Below are positions 39,206 through 60,400 of a stretch of 64,000 nt of DNA, piece by piece. Below the pieces are notes generated by a model that did no database searches, had not been told where the DNA came from, and saw only the letters and a program-made list of their open reading frames with translations. The position numbers were made by a program, and so were the translations under genes. Source of the stretch: Dendrobates tinctorius (taxonomy: Eukaryota); the NCBI RefSeq assembly GCF_039654945.1, contig NW_027361928.1, forward strand, positions 682,001-746,000, given 5' to 3'. The first letter of the stretch is position 1. The number at the start of each line of letters is the position of its first letter.

Positions 39206-39269
39206 GCCGGACGGCCTCTGATGGAGGTTCGGGCCCTGATCTCTCGCTGTGGCCCTCGGTGACCGTGCG

Positions 39270-39620
39270 GCTCGCCCTGTGCCGCCATCTTGTTCCGCTT
39301 TTCTGATTCTCATTCATCTTGTAAAAAACAGAAATGTGAATAATAAGAGCAGCGGCCTCTGACAGGCCTGCGCCTGCGCCTCCACCTACTGCCTACGACG
39401 TTGCTTTACATCCCAAGAAGCATTGCTGCTCGTCCGACCTCTGATTGGCCGGTTTAGATCACGTGATGCCACGCTCTTATTTTTATTTCCGCGTTGCTGG
39501 AAGTGTCTCCATGGCAGCGACTCCTGGACGTCCAATCCAGTTGCAGCAGTGCGGCATTTGCTGATTGGCTCACACGAGGGCGGTAGCTATTGGTTGGTCT
39601 GTTTTCTTGGAAACTGAGAT
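39270..39620 (+). promoter_or_regulatory. Putative GMPPB promoter
   Basis: YY1 cgccatctt, NRF1-like tgcgcctgcgc, several CCAAT/ATTGG boxes, E-box tcacgtga, CpG-rich. Confidence 0.65.
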
Positions 39621-39639
39621 GCGGCCTGTGGCCTAGAGG

Positions 39640-47722
<8,083 letters not shown>

Positions 47723-48224
47723 AAGGCGCGGCGGCCGCTGCACAGGGACCATAGACTGAGATCGTGCAGTCTGCCCGGTCTGAGGAAGGAGCGACATCTC
47801 TGGTGCCAAATGGTGCGGTCGCCAGTGGGCCGTGGTCGTACCGACCTCGCACCGTCCGCCTCCCCAGGGGCAGCCGTGAAGGTGGGACGCGTCGCCTGTA
47901 TTGCTGTGTGATGACAAATAGGATGTTTTCTCTGGAAAATGGGGACGGGCACTAAATTATTGGTAACCTCCTGTCCCAGCATGCAGAGGGTTAATTGCAC
48001 TACTGCCACCTGTCCGGCCCACCCGGTTACTGAGGCGGGGGGCTGCCTTTGGAATTGTCTTATAAACACTTTTTTCTGTGTATTGCTTTCTGCTGGTTCA
48101 TCTGTGGTCCCTTCCCTCGTGACGTATGTCATGGCGGCGGCAAAGGTGCTGCGGGGTGTAGGTGACGGCGGTGCGTGCTGCTATAAGGCAGCGCGGTGTG
48201 AATAACTGCAGCAATGCGTGGGAT

Positions 48225-48510
48225 GAGTGCCAGCGGTGGTGCGCGGTGAGGGTGCCGGCGGTGGTGCGCGGTGAGGGTGCCGGCGGAGGTGCGCTCTGCG
48301 GGTGCCGGCGGAGGTGCGCTCTGCGCGCTGCGGGTGCTGGCGGTGGTGCGTGGTGAGGGTGCCGGCGGAGGTGCGCTCTGCGCGCTGCGGGTGCCGGCGG
48401 TGGTGCGCGGTGAGGGTGCCGGCGGAGGTGCGCGGTGAGGGTGCCGGCGGTGGTGTGCTGCGGGTGCCGGCGGTGGTGCGCTCTGCACGGTGAGGGTGTC
48501 GGCGGAGGTG
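48225..48510. repeat. GC-rich compound repeat between GMPPB and RNF123 3' ends
   Basis: Repeated gggtgccggcgg(a/t)ggtgcgc. Confidence 0.8.
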
Positions 48511-48539
48511 ACAACACAGACACAGCAGTGGGTAAATAA

Positions 48540-48545
48540 TTTAAT
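48540..48545 (-). terminator. RNF123 polyadenylation signal ATTAAA
   Basis: tttaat on + strand ~130 nt past the stop, with GT-rich sequence downstream on the minus strand. Confidence 0.55.
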
Positions 48546-48674
48546 CTTCAGGTTTGCAGACTCTCAGTTTACACAGAAATCATAAAACCACATTGGCGTA
48601 CGTCTCCCTGCTTCCTCCAGAGCCACCGGCGTGCGGCTGTACACTCGTCCTCCCATCTGAGGGGCTGTGCATTG

Positions 48675-51600
48675 CTAGGGGCCGGGGGGCTTCTCGTAGT
48701 CCTCCACCCCTGTGATGGTGGCTTTACAGAAGAAACAGTCCTTGTTGTTCATCAGATGCTGATTTATGCACGCTCTACAAAGAGTTAAACCAGCAACACA
48801 TTACAGGGAATCTGTCCGCAGACTTGTGTGGCCTCATCTGAGCTCAGTGTGATGACAGGGCAGAGACCCTGATTCCAGCCCTGTGCCATGTACTGGGCCG
48901 TCAGCTGAGGTTCTCATTACATTCCTGTTATATCGACTACAGATCTAGCAGTGCTCTTGAGTGCTGAGAACAGTGACCCCGCCAACTCCACCGATTGGCA
49001 GTTTTCCCTGTGTGACCCCCCCCCCCCCCCCCCCCCCCCCCGCCTGTGATTGGAAACTCTCTGCATAATCCCACCCATACCTGAATGGCAGCTTTCTGCC
49101 TATGCAGTGTACACAGAGCTGCCAATCAGTGATGTGGGTGGAGGAGACCTGGCGCAGATTACTCGTCCTCCAGACCAGTAAGTGACGCATCACAGCATGA
49201 AGTAGGGGCAGAGCTCCTGATTCCAACACAACAGATGACGTGGAAAAACCCTGGTGACAAACTCTCTCCAAACACAGGAATTATTGGCGGTGGCGCGGAG
49301 GAGCAGCCATACTCACTTGCAGGACTTGTGGGAGCAGGGTCTGAATATGGCAGAGATGGGGTGAGCGTAGCAGATGGGGCACAGGTCTTCCTCACTGGTC
49401 GGCTGCAACATAAGAAGGTAGAGGTAGGCCTGCGCGTTGGGGGGCACCTTAGTTGGGGGTGCACTTGGTGCCGAGCAGCCGGAGAGCGATGCAGATGGAC
49501 ATTAATAATGCAGCACTCGCTCCCATGTGAGGATCACATTCTGGTCACAAAACTATTTTTATGCCGATCTGCAGTAAACTGATCACTTCATCAGCAAGAA
49601 AGGTCATCGCCTGTAGCGAGCACCGGCCGACGCGCGCCGGGGCACTAACCTGACAGCTCGCGGCCGCCTGCTTGGACTCCTCATTCAGGAGGCTCCGCAT
49701 CTTCTCCACCTTCCGCAGTTCTTCTGCATTAATGTAATCAGTGTCTGCAAGAAAGACGCTGCCTGGTAATGAATCAGCATCGGGGGCTCCACACTGCAGG
49801 GGTCTCGGGCATCGCACTCAGCTGTCAATCAGTCCAGGGATACCTCTGCACCCTCGGGCCATTTACCGTCCAGAAAGACTATTCTAGAAATGCACCCCCC
49901 CACCAAACCTCCCCAGCCCAGTCACAATGTGTGCACCCAAACACTGGGGCGGGAAAGTGCCCCTAAACCAGAGGACTAATTCATAGACCCTCCCAACATA
50001 GTACTCCACACAACATCTCATCACACATCCGTCCTCCGTGTCCCCCCCCCCCCCCTCTCCGTGTAGATTGTACTCCGCGCCCCTACATCCCCCCCTCTGT
50101 GTAGATTGTACTCCGCTCCCCTACATCCCCCCCTCTCCGTGTAGATTGTACTCCGCGCCCCCTACATCCCCCCCTCTCCGTGTAGATTGTACTCCGCTCC
50201 CCTACATCCCCCCCTCTCCGTGTAGATTGTACTCCGCGCCCCCTACATCCCCCCCTCTCCGTGTAGATTGTACTCCGCGCCCCCTACATCCCCCCCTCTC
50301 CGTGTAGATTGTACTCCGCTCCCCTACGTCCCCTCCGTGTAGATTGTACTCCGCGCTCCTACATCCCCTCCGTGTAGATTGTACTCCGCGCTCCTACATC
50401 CCCTCCGTGTAGATTGTACTCCGCGCTCCTACATCCCCTCCGTGTAGATTGTACGCCGCGCTCCTACATCCCACCCGTGTAGATTGTACGCCGCTCTCCT
50501 ACATCCCCCCCTCTCCGTGTAGATTGTACTCCGCGCTCCTACATCCCCCCTCCGTGTAGATTGTACTCCGCGCCCCTACATCCCCCCTCTCCGTGTAGAT
50601 TGTACTCCGCGCCCCTACATCCCCCCCTCCGTGTAGATTGTTCTCCGCGCCCCTACATCCCCCCCGTGAAGCTTGTACTCCGCGCTCCTACATCCCACCC
50701 GTGTAGATTGTACTCCGCGCTCCTACATCCCACCCGTGTAGATTGTACTCCTCACTCCTACATCCCCCCTCCATGTAGATTGTACTCCGCGCTCCTACAT
50801 CCCCCCGTGTAGATTGTACTCCGCGTTCCTACATCCCTCCCTCTCCGTGTAGATTGTACTCCGCGCCCCTACATCCCACCCGTGTAGCTTGTACTCCGCG
50901 CTCCTACATCCCACCCGTGTAGATTGTACTCCTCGCTCCTACATCCCACCCGTGTAGATTGTACTCCTCGCTCCTACGTCCCCCCTCCGTGTAGATTGTA
51001 CTCCGCGCCCCTACATCCCCTACATCCCCCCCGTGTAGATTGTACTCCGCGCCCCTACATCCCCCCCGTGTAGATTGTACTCCGCGCTCCTACATCCCGC
51101 TCCTTGTAGATTGTACTCCGCGCCCCTACATCCCCCCCGTGTAGATTGTACTCCGCTCCCCTACATGCCCCCCCTTCCGTGTAGCTTGTACTCCGCGCCC
51201 CTACATCCCCCCCTTGTAGATTGTACTCCGTGCCCCTACATCCCCCCCGTGTAGATTGTACTCCGCGCTCCTTCATCCCCCCCGTGTAGATTGTACTCTG
51301 CGCCCCTACATCCCTCCCCCCCCGTGTAGATTGTACTCTGCGCCCCTACATCCCTCCCCCCGTGTAGATTGTACTCTGCGCCCCTACATCCCTCCCCCCG
51401 TGTAGATTGTACTCCGCGCCCCTGCATCCCACCTGTGTAGTTTTTTACTCTGCGCCCCTACATCCCCCTTGTAGTCGTCTGCTTCACCACAGTCTCTCAC
51501 AAACCCCCACCTCGGCTCCTGCCCCCACCACCCGTCCATAACTGTAGTGAGGCTGGCCCTCCATGTTCTGTGCTACGACCATGTCCCACCGATCACTGGT

Positions 51601-54600
51601 CGGTCCCCGTGTTGCTTGGATATCAGACCTGCACCCCGACCTTCCTGTCTGGGGGGCACAGCTCTGGACAATATGGTAGCCGGCTACGTACAAGCCTGCA
51701 GGGAGAAGTGCTTCTTGTCGGCCGGCGGCGCGCTGCCCTCGCTCTGTCCCACCAGGTAGTGGATGGAGCGCAGCTGGAAGCAGGGATCGGCCAGTAAGAC
51801 GCTTGTCGCTCGCTGGATCCTAGAGGAAGAGAGATGATGGTGAGATCAGACGGAGGAGGATGGGAGTAGCAGTACTTCCAGGATGAGCTGCACAGGAGGG
51901 GATGCTGGAATTATAGCGAGGGAGCGAGGAGCCGGCGCCGACAGATCGGATCACATTTCCTGCTCTGGGTCTGTCTCCTGCAGCAGAAGTGAAGAAAATG
52001 GTGCCCTGGGGACCACCGCGCCGATCCGTCCATTATCTGCTGCGAGACCGCCACTCGCATTACAGCACCTTAACCCCTTGCATGCTGCAGCCCCTGGCAG
52101 CTTTAACCCATTATATGCCACAGCCTCATCATTAACCCCTCCCATGCTGTAGCTCCTGATGGATGTACACCCCCATAGATCAGTTTTTCTCTGAATTAGG
52201 AGCTTCTGCCGGACCACCGAGAAGCGGATCAAAGCGGCGATGTCAGCTCGGACTAATGATCTTCATTACCACCCGGCCAATGTCCCAAGACAGGAGGCTA
52301 CTGTCCGAAGCTGGCCCCCCGGCCCCGGCTCCATTCCCATACTGGGCCCTAGCAGAGAAGAAGTAGCCATTAAGAGCCACGATCGGGGAGAGACTCCCCC
52401 CCCGGACATCAGAGACGCAGCCAATGAGCAGCAACGAGGGCGGCAGAGACACGGGGGCTGGCGGCAGAGACACAGGAGCTGCCGGCAGCATCACAACTCC
52501 ACAAAGTCCTCAGCTCCAGCGGCCGACAACTTCCTGATCTCCGTCAGAATCTGAGGACGCTGCTGAACTCATCTTCTATCCCAGGAGCTGTCTCCTTGCC
52601 CAAGTCATGACCACCAGCTCGGCTGCGGCTCCGTCAGCACAGCACTGACCGTCCCTGCTGACCACGACCAGGTATCCGGACACCATGGTAATAGACGGCT
52701 GTCTGCAGGGATGGACTCTGATCCTGGCGACCCTGCTGCTCCGAGGCCCCTCTGCTTCCGGCTGCCCCTCTGCTTGTATCTGCGCCTCGGACCTCCTGAG
52801 CTGCAGCCGCTCGGCTCTGACCCAGGTTCCTGACAACCTGCCGCCCTTGTCTGTTACTGTGGACTTAAGTCACAATAACCTCAGCTTTCTGCCCAGTAAC
52901 TGGCTGTCGGGGGTCCCCTATCTCATCGTTTTACGTCTCAATCACAATGAGCTGAAACGGCTGCCGATGGGATCCCTGCACAACGCCTCCAACCTGAGGC
53001 ACCTGGACCTGTCCTCCAACAAGCTGCAGAGCATCCACGGGGCGGCTTTCCATCTGCTGCCCAGCCTGGAGGAGCTGCTGCTCTACAACAACCACATAGC
53101 GCGGGTGGAGGAGGCAGCGTTCACCAGACTCAGCAACATCCAGAAGATCTACCTGAGCTGGAACCACCTGAGCAGCTTCTCCTTCAGCTCCATCCACAAC
53201 CTGACGCTGCCCAACCTGCGCACCCTGGACCTGTCCTCCAACAGGTTCCCGGAGCTGCCCCTGGAGGAGATGTCCGCCTTACCCGCCTTCATCAAGAACG
53301 GCTTATACCTGCACAACAACCCGCTGACCTGCAGCTGCGCCCTCTACACCCTCTTCACTCGCTGGAGGCAGCGTGGCTTCTTGTCCGTCCTCCATTTCTC
53401 CCGCGAGCACACCTGCCTGTACATGGGGAATCCTCGGGCCGTGGTCCGGACCCTGGAGGCCCAGAACGGACTTGTCAATTGCTCCACAGGAGTTGGGCAA
53501 GAACTTGCAGAGCCCGGACTGAAGGTTCTGGTGGGGCGGAGGTTACTTGTCACCTGTAATACCAGCCTGCCCCAGGAGAACACCACCTACGTCTGGATCT
53601 CACCTGCCTACGACTTCATCCTCCCTCCCGGTACCAGTAACCAGAGTCTTAGAATCCACCCAAACGGCAGCCTAGAGATCCAGAGGGCGCAGCCCTGGCA
53701 CTCCGGGGTGTATCTGTGCATCGCAGTCAACAGGTGGCTTAGCTACAACGCCACGCACGAGGTGAACGTGACCATCCATTACCCCAAGCATGAGGTGGAG
53801 TCCTTCAACACGGGCCTCACCACCCTCCTAGGCTGCGTGGTCAGCCTGGTCCTGGTCTTCATTTACCTCTACATGACTCCATGTCGATGTTTCCGATTCT
53901 GCTGCTCGAAGCCCCCGCAGACCCCCAGCCCCCCACAAGAAAGCAGCGCTCAGTCCTCCATACTCTGTGGAACTTCTCCAGTCTGTGAGGGGCCTAACAG
54001 CCGCAAAGTGGGAGCCAGCCGCCATGTTGTCTTCTTGGAGCCAATCAAAGAAGGGAGACCTGAAAAGAGCCCGAAGATCCTGCAGCTGCGGTCAGACTCG
54101 GACTCAGCCAGCTCCGTCTTCTCAGACTGTCTGATCGTGCAGACATAGAGACTGCCGGGGGGCGCAGGGATCCCCCTCTCTGTAACGTAACGTCCCGCAT
54201 GTCTCATGGGAGAAGTGACTGACGGCTGGAGCCCCGGGAGCCATGTTCATCTTTTCACACGAATAAAAGGTTTTGCAGTCTTTCAGCAGAGACGTCTCTA
54301 GATTCATGTGTGCGCGGGTGATGTCAGCTCCCGGGCGACATGAGGTCATCGTTTCTGCAAGATAACATCACTACTAGGCCGATGTGATGTCACCACTGAG
54401 GTATTCGGCCCCGTGGTGGTGAGTTACGCGCTCCTCCCGGTGATATTCGGCCCCATCGTGGTGGGTTACGCGCTCCTCCCGGTGATATTCGGCCCCATCG
54501 TGGTGGGTTACGCGCTCCTCCCGGTGATATTCGGCCCCATCGTGGTGGGTTACGCGCTCCTCCCGGTGATATTCGGCCCCATCGTGGTGGGTTACGTGCT

Positions 54601-56066
54601 CCTCCCGGTGATATTCGGCCCCATCGTGGTGAGTTACGTGCTCCTCCCGGTGATATTCGGCCCCATCGTGGTGGGTTACGCGCTCCTCCCGGTGATATTC
54701 GGCCCCATCGTGGTGAGTTACGCTCTCCTCCCGGTGATATTCGGCCCCATCGTGGTGAGTTACGCGCTCCTCCCGGTGATATTCGGCCCCATCGTGGTGG
54801 GTTACGCGCTCCTCCCGGTGATATTCGGCCCCATCGTGGTGAGTTACGCTCTCCTCCCAGTGATATTCGGCCCCATCGTGGTGGGTTACGCGCTCCTCCC
54901 GGTGATGTTCGGCCACATCGTGGTGGGTTACGCGCTCCTCCCGGTGATATTCGGCCCCATCGTGGTGGGTTACGCGCTCCTCCCGGTGATATTCGGCCCC
55001 ATCGTGGTGAGTTACGCGCTCCTCCCGGTGATATTCGACCCCATCGTGGTGGGTTATGCGCTCCTCCCGGTGATATTCGGCCCCATCGTGGTGTTACGCG
55101 CTCCTCCCCGTGATATTCGGCCCCATCGTGGTGGGTTACGCGCTCCTCTCGGTGATATTTGGCCCCATCGTGGTGGGTTACGCGCTCCTCCCCGTGATAT
55201 TCGGCCCCATCGTGGTGGGTTACGCGCTCCTCCCCGTGATATTCGGCCCCATCGTGGTGTGTTGTGCGCTCCTCCCGGTGATATTCGGCCCCTCAGTGAT
55301 GGGTTAACTGCTCCTCCCTGTGCTATTTGGCCCCGCGATGGTGGGTTCTATGCTCCTCCTGGTAGTATTCGTCCCCACGGTGGTGGGTTACGTGCTCCTC
55401 CCCAGTGATATTCAGCCTCGCGATGGTGGGTTACGAGCTCCTCTCGGTAATAATTTGGCCCCACAGTGGTGGGTTACAGGCTCATCCCTGGTGATATTGG
55501 GTCCCGCATTGGTGGGTATGTGCTCCTCCCGGTAGTATTCAGCTCCGTAGGGGTGGGTTACGGGCTTCTCCCGCCATCCCAGAGACGCAAGCAGCTCCCA
55601 GCATGTACTGAAGACCAACGAGGATGATGGGAGCAGTAGTGCAGGAAAAGTCACTGAATACAGACCCCCCCCCCAGGAATATATTCTGCGGCCCCCACAC
55701 GTCAGGTAATGGGCCGCTGAGACTGCAGACAATCTGAGCAGCTGCAGGCGATGGCGGAAGCTGCCGCCCGTCCATCACTATATACATAACACCCCCCCCG
55801 TTACCCACCAGGCCGCGGGTCAGGACTCACCCTTGGGGTTCACCATCAACCAACAGACATACGAGAATACCGGTCACTGCCACCAGAATGGGGTAATGGT
55901 CCACGCTCTCCAGACCTAGCGGAGGAGAGGACACAGCCTTAGTGGAAAGTGCAGGGTTAATGGGGGCTCGGGGATGGGGTCTTCACTGACCTGGTAGTCG
56001 GAGAGTGACCACCCTGTCAAACAGATTCCTCTCGGCCGTCACTCTGTTCAAGACCTGATTCAGAAG
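48675..56066 (-). CDS. RNF123: E3 ligase RNF123/KPC1, last six exons: 55991-56066, 55831-55915, 51692-51819, 49650-49744, 49317-49402, 48675-48774 (5' exons outside window)
   Basis: [99 protein letters not shown]; phases consistent. Confidence 0.94.
50040..51475. repeat. ~36-42 bp C-rich minisatellite in an RNF123 intron
   Basis: ccgtgtagattgtactccgcgcccctacatC(n). Confidence 0.95.
52685..54148 (+). CDS. AMIGO3: Adhesion molecule with Ig-like domain 3 (LRR-Ig-TM), 487 aa
   Basis: Signal peptide, [19 protein letters not shown], LRRs, [11 protein letters not shown], Ig domain, [20 protein letters not shown] and HVVFLEP tail; nested in RNF123 intron; AATAAA at 54262. Confidence 0.93.
   Translation: MVIDGCLQGWTLILATLLLRGPSASGCPSACICASDLLSCSRSALTQVPDNLPPLSVTVDLSHNNLSFLPSNWLSGVPYLIVLRLNHNELKRLPMGSLHNASNLRHLDLSSNKLQSIHGAAFHLLPSLEELLLYNNHIARVEEAAFTRLSNIQKIYLSWNHLSSFSFSSIHNLTLPNLRTLDLSSNRFPELPLEEMSALPAFIKNGLYLHNNPLTCSCALYTLFTRWRQRGFLSVLHFSREHTCLYMGNPRAVVRTLEAQNGLVNCSTGVGQELAEPGLKVLVGRRLLVTCNTSLPQENTTYVWISPAYDFILPPGTSNQSLRIHPNGSLEIQRAQPWHSGVYLCIAVNRWLSYNATHEVNVTIHYPKHEVESFNTGLTTLLGCVVSLVLVFIYLYMTPCRCFRFCCSKPPQTPSPPQESSAQSSILCGTSPVCEGPNSRKVGASRHVVFLEPIKEGRPEKSPKILQLRSDSDSASSVFSDCLIVQT
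54400..55560. repeat. 42-bp minisatellite, degenerating rightward
   Basis: gtgatattcggccccatcgtggtgggttacgcgctcctcccg. Confidence 0.95.
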
Positions 56067-56251
56067 CTGGAGAAGTGGAAAAAGCAAAAAACTGAGGCCG
56101 AGAATAAAATCAGAAGCTTACACAGAGGGTTAAAGGGACCTAGGTAAATATATTCTTACATCAGGGGTTAAGTTAATGTGCCGAGCAGTCCTGTGTAAAT
56201 AGATTATTACAGCGGGGATAAAGGACCGAACAGTCCTATGTAACGTATATC

Positions 56252-57152
56252 TGTCACGTACCCGCTTCTCAGCCCGTGACTTGGGGTGTCGCCTGCAAGG
56301 GTTAATCTGTCTCCTCTCAGTCCAGCATTCACCCTCTGTCCTATGCTGCAGTGGGAGCATAAATCACACCCCGACACAGACCACGCACCCCGCTCATACA
56401 CGCTGCCACCACTCCCCGAACACACGGGCGATGAGTCCCGGAGATATTACTGCTGTCTGCCAATCACCAGGAGCGCACACTCTAAGGATATGGAGTCTTT
56501 ACAGCAACAAGGCTCAGACTTATTACAGTTTTATAATAGAAAAGGTGCAGTGCTTACAATAAAAGATAAGAATATGGAAATAAAAAGTGACATACAAATA
56601 TGCAAAACAGTTATAAAATAAAAGTGAGAAACTTACAGAAATATCTAAACTTTGCAGTCTGGTATTCTGCTCCGAGGGATGAATATGGAATGGATCACAC
56701 CAGCTCGGCTGTCCCTCAGTCTGTGGACAGCTCTCTATGTGTAAAGGCCTAATTTATAGATTTACTCTGGGGATCAGATTTCGAGACTAGCCGCTCAGGT
56801 TAATATTCTAATTGCTGCTCTGTGACAGGATCATGCCGACTCCACCAATGAATACATTGTTTTTCTCTGAAGGCTGTTTGTATAACTTTTCTCATGAATA
56901 CATTGTTTTTCTCTGAAGGCTGTTTGTATAACTTTTCTCATAGTAAATAGGCTGCCATTTGGTGTCTCCCATCAAAGACACTAGGAGGTGTGAAATGTTT
57001 CCGATTCTGTGTGTTCTCAAGAAGCCCCCTGGGGTTGAGAACAGGAAAACTGTATTCTCGGGATAACATGAGGTCATGACCTTTGTGAAGAGCTACAGCC
57101 TAGAACAGATGTTAATTACTGCTGGTCATACATCCATACATATTTCACTGCA
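56252..57152. mobile_element. Solo LTR (901 bp) with 5-bp TSD
   Basis: tgtcacg...cactgca flanked by atatc on both sides; splits a degenerate tandem repeat. Confidence 0.7.
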
Positions 57153-57466
57153 ATATCCTTGCATCATTGGTAATGTACCAAGCAGTCCTGCGTAAATAGA
57201 TTATTACACCGGGGATAAAGGGCCAAGCAGTCCTATGGAAATATATCATTGCATCAGGGGTTAATGGGCAGAGTAGTCCTATGTAAACATATCCTTGCAT
57301 CAGAGGTTAATGGGCTGAGCAGTCCTATGTAAATGCTTACACCAGGGGGACAGGGAGCAGCAGCAATCGGCCCAGGAGGGAGTGAGGAGGTCAGAATGGG
57401 TGAAGGTCCGCCCAGAGTGGGAGACAGGGGCACCCCAGGCCCCAGGAAGAAGAGCCCAGCAACATC

Positions 57467-60400
57467 ATGGGGGAGATGACCTCCAGCGAGTCCACGAGCT
57501 CCTTCTCCTCCCGAGTGGTCGCCATGTTGCGAGAGTACGAGGACGCCGGCAAAGCACTGACCGGGCTGAAGGAGCAGCTGCGGGAGGCACGGATCCTGAA
57601 CACCCGTGCCTCTAACAAGGAAGGACCCGCGACCTCCCAGAGGTTTAAAGCCCTCAGAGATGAGGTGGTCCGGTTAGTGCTCCTCCGGGAGGGGATTGAG
57701 AAAAGCGCAGGTCCCTTCCTGGAGAGGTTTAAGAACCAGCGGCGGTTCTCTGAAATGAAGGGGTTAAATACCTCGGGAGAACTGCCAGCCGGCGTCCTAA
57801 GCGAGGAGGAGGAGGACGACGAAGTCGTGGCTGGAGTCTCTCGTGCTGGAACAAGCCGGGAGAAAGAGTCGCAGAGCCAGCAAGGAAGCGGCCTCCCGGC
57901 ACGGCAGAGGACTCCGACAACCCATGCTGGAGTGTCAGCGGAGGAAGAGGAGGAGTGCGGTCTGTTGAGGGAGATCAGAGAGCTGGAGTCTCCTGTGGAC
58001 CTGACCAGATTCTCCTTCGGGGAGGACGAGCCAGCGGAGGAGACCAAAAAGAGGAGGAAGACAAAAAAGATGACACAGGAGGTGGTGAGTTACAAATATG
58101 TACCAATGTCTGATGTTACACCTACCACCTCCTGTGTAAACCCCACCAAACCTAAAAGCACGGGCTCTGCAGTGGGTCCGGGGCATAGGCAAGGTGGGGA
58201 GAGGAGGAGGACGTCCGGCAATGCTGCCGTCTGTGCGGGGAACGGTGCAGGGGGTGAGGCTGTGGAGGTACTCACGGCGCCGGACATAGGGGACCCCGTG
58301 GAGTTTCCCTCCCTGCCTGCTGCGGCTAAGCCGGTTATCACCGGGGCCGAGGAGAGCGGGGGGGATGTCCACGCCGTTGCGAAAGGGGGACGGTGTGGGC
58401 AGACTCCATGCCTGCTCACTGCAGCTGAGCCGGCCAACGCTGGGGCTGTGGGGGGCAGGGCCGAGGAGCATGGTGCGGCGAAAGGGGGGCGCACTGTTGT
58501 GACAGGGGCGCAGTGCGCCTCAACAGAGGAGAGGAGGCGCGCAGCTGAGACAGAGCCACGGGAAAAAAGAAATACACAGCAAAAGCAGGGAACATCATCA
58601 GCAAGGAACACTGTGCGCTCTGCCGTGACGGGGGGACAGCATGCCCCAAAATGTGATACCAGCACCCCGAAGTCTGTGGCTACAGGGCAGGCAGCCCAGA
58701 ACAATAAGGGGCACAGTGCTCCAAAAGAACTGCACAATGTCAGCACTGAGCTAATTAAAACGGGTGTGGTGCTGCACCGCTCCCCCGACCCAGCAGGTGT
58801 GAGTGCAGAGACTGCAGACACAAGGGAGGAGGGAATGGAGGTGACTGTGGAAGGTGCAGAGAACAGTGGTAATGGGGTGAATGATGGGAGTAGTAGTGGA
58901 GTGAATAATGGGAGTTGTGGTGCCGCAAACGTTGGGAGCATTGGTGGAGTGAATGATGTGAGTACTGCTGGAGTGAATGGTGGGAATAGTGGTGGAGTGA
59001 ATAATGGGAGTTGTGGTGCCGCAAATGATGGGAGTATTGGTGGAGTGAATGAGGAGAGCAGCACTGGTGTTGGTGGAGGGGAAGTAGGTAGTGGTCCCAC
59101 TGCCCCCCCAGCGGTGGCGAGGGCTTCAGCCCCTAGCTATTCGGGAGCTGTCACTGCTGGGGGTAGTAGTGCGCCCTTGTCTGGTGGCCCCGAGGACGGT
59201 GACTTGCAGCAGCGCTTCCTGGACGCCCTGAAGAAAGGGGAGAGTTCCATCAATGTAGAGGGGAAGGAGGTTGATCTGTCTTTCTGGATAGAGAGACACG
59301 GTCTTTCCGCCTTCCGAGATAGAGGGGCAGAGACTGTCTGGTCTCTGCCGACACCGGGGCAGAGGAGTAACCGTAGGAACGTGGCCCGTCTCCAGTGGGT
59401 AAGCAAGGATGCCTGTCCTGATCGGTCAAAGGTTGCTGAGCTCCTGCTGGGGATGGGCTTCGCGGCATACGACATCTTTGCCTTGATCCATCCCTATGGG
59501 ACCTCCTACTTCGATGTCAGCTTCGTGAGACCGGAGGGCCTTGAGCTTTTTTGGTCTCGCCATGAGCTGGCTCGTGGTCGCCCCGAATGGCAAGGTTTTG
59601 TCCCTGTCGCAATATCCCGCCAGAACTCGGTCAGGAAGGTGACCGTTTTGACCAGTAACGAGTCACTTTCCTGCATGGACATCTCCACCTGGATTGGTCG
59701 ATATGGCGACATCGTCGGCATTCCTGAGAAGACCCGCGACGACCATGGTATCTGGTCAGGGGCCTGGACCTTCATGGTGAAATTGAAGGTTTCAGGAAAC
59801 ACTGTTACCCATATACCTTCCTCTACATTTTTGGGGAGGGACAGGATCCTGATTTTCTACCAGGGGCAGCCTAAGGTCTGTCACAGGTGCGGCAGCCCCA
59901 CACACTTCAGTGCGCAGTGTACCACCCAGAAATGCGCACTGTGTGGGGACCTTGGCCATCTCGCTGCTACCTGTGGCAGGATTAGGTGTAACTTGTGTGG
60001 TGACCTCGGTCATCCATTCAGTCGCTGTCCGCGTTCCTTTGCCAATGCAGTCCTGAAAGCGGCGAGTGCGGGACAGGCGAAAGCCGGGACTAATCTTGCC
60101 GGTGAAGGGACCAGTAGGGGCGGAGGAGGCAGGGAACCGGTGAGGAGCAAGCTGCCGCCATCCAACATCAGGCGGCAGGAGCAACGCCATGGGAACAGGG
60201 GGCAGGGAGTAATGACCCTAAACCCTGACCCAGGTACTTCACTTGCAGCTGAGGATCCTAAAGACAGTGAATTGAGTGAGGAAGTCAGGAGACTTGAAAG
60301 GGAGGAGCAGGCGGACGCCATGTCCTCCCAGGAACCCTCATCCGGTGACAGTCTGGATGAGGGAGAGGGGGAATGGTCACAACAAAGGAAAAAGGGTAAC

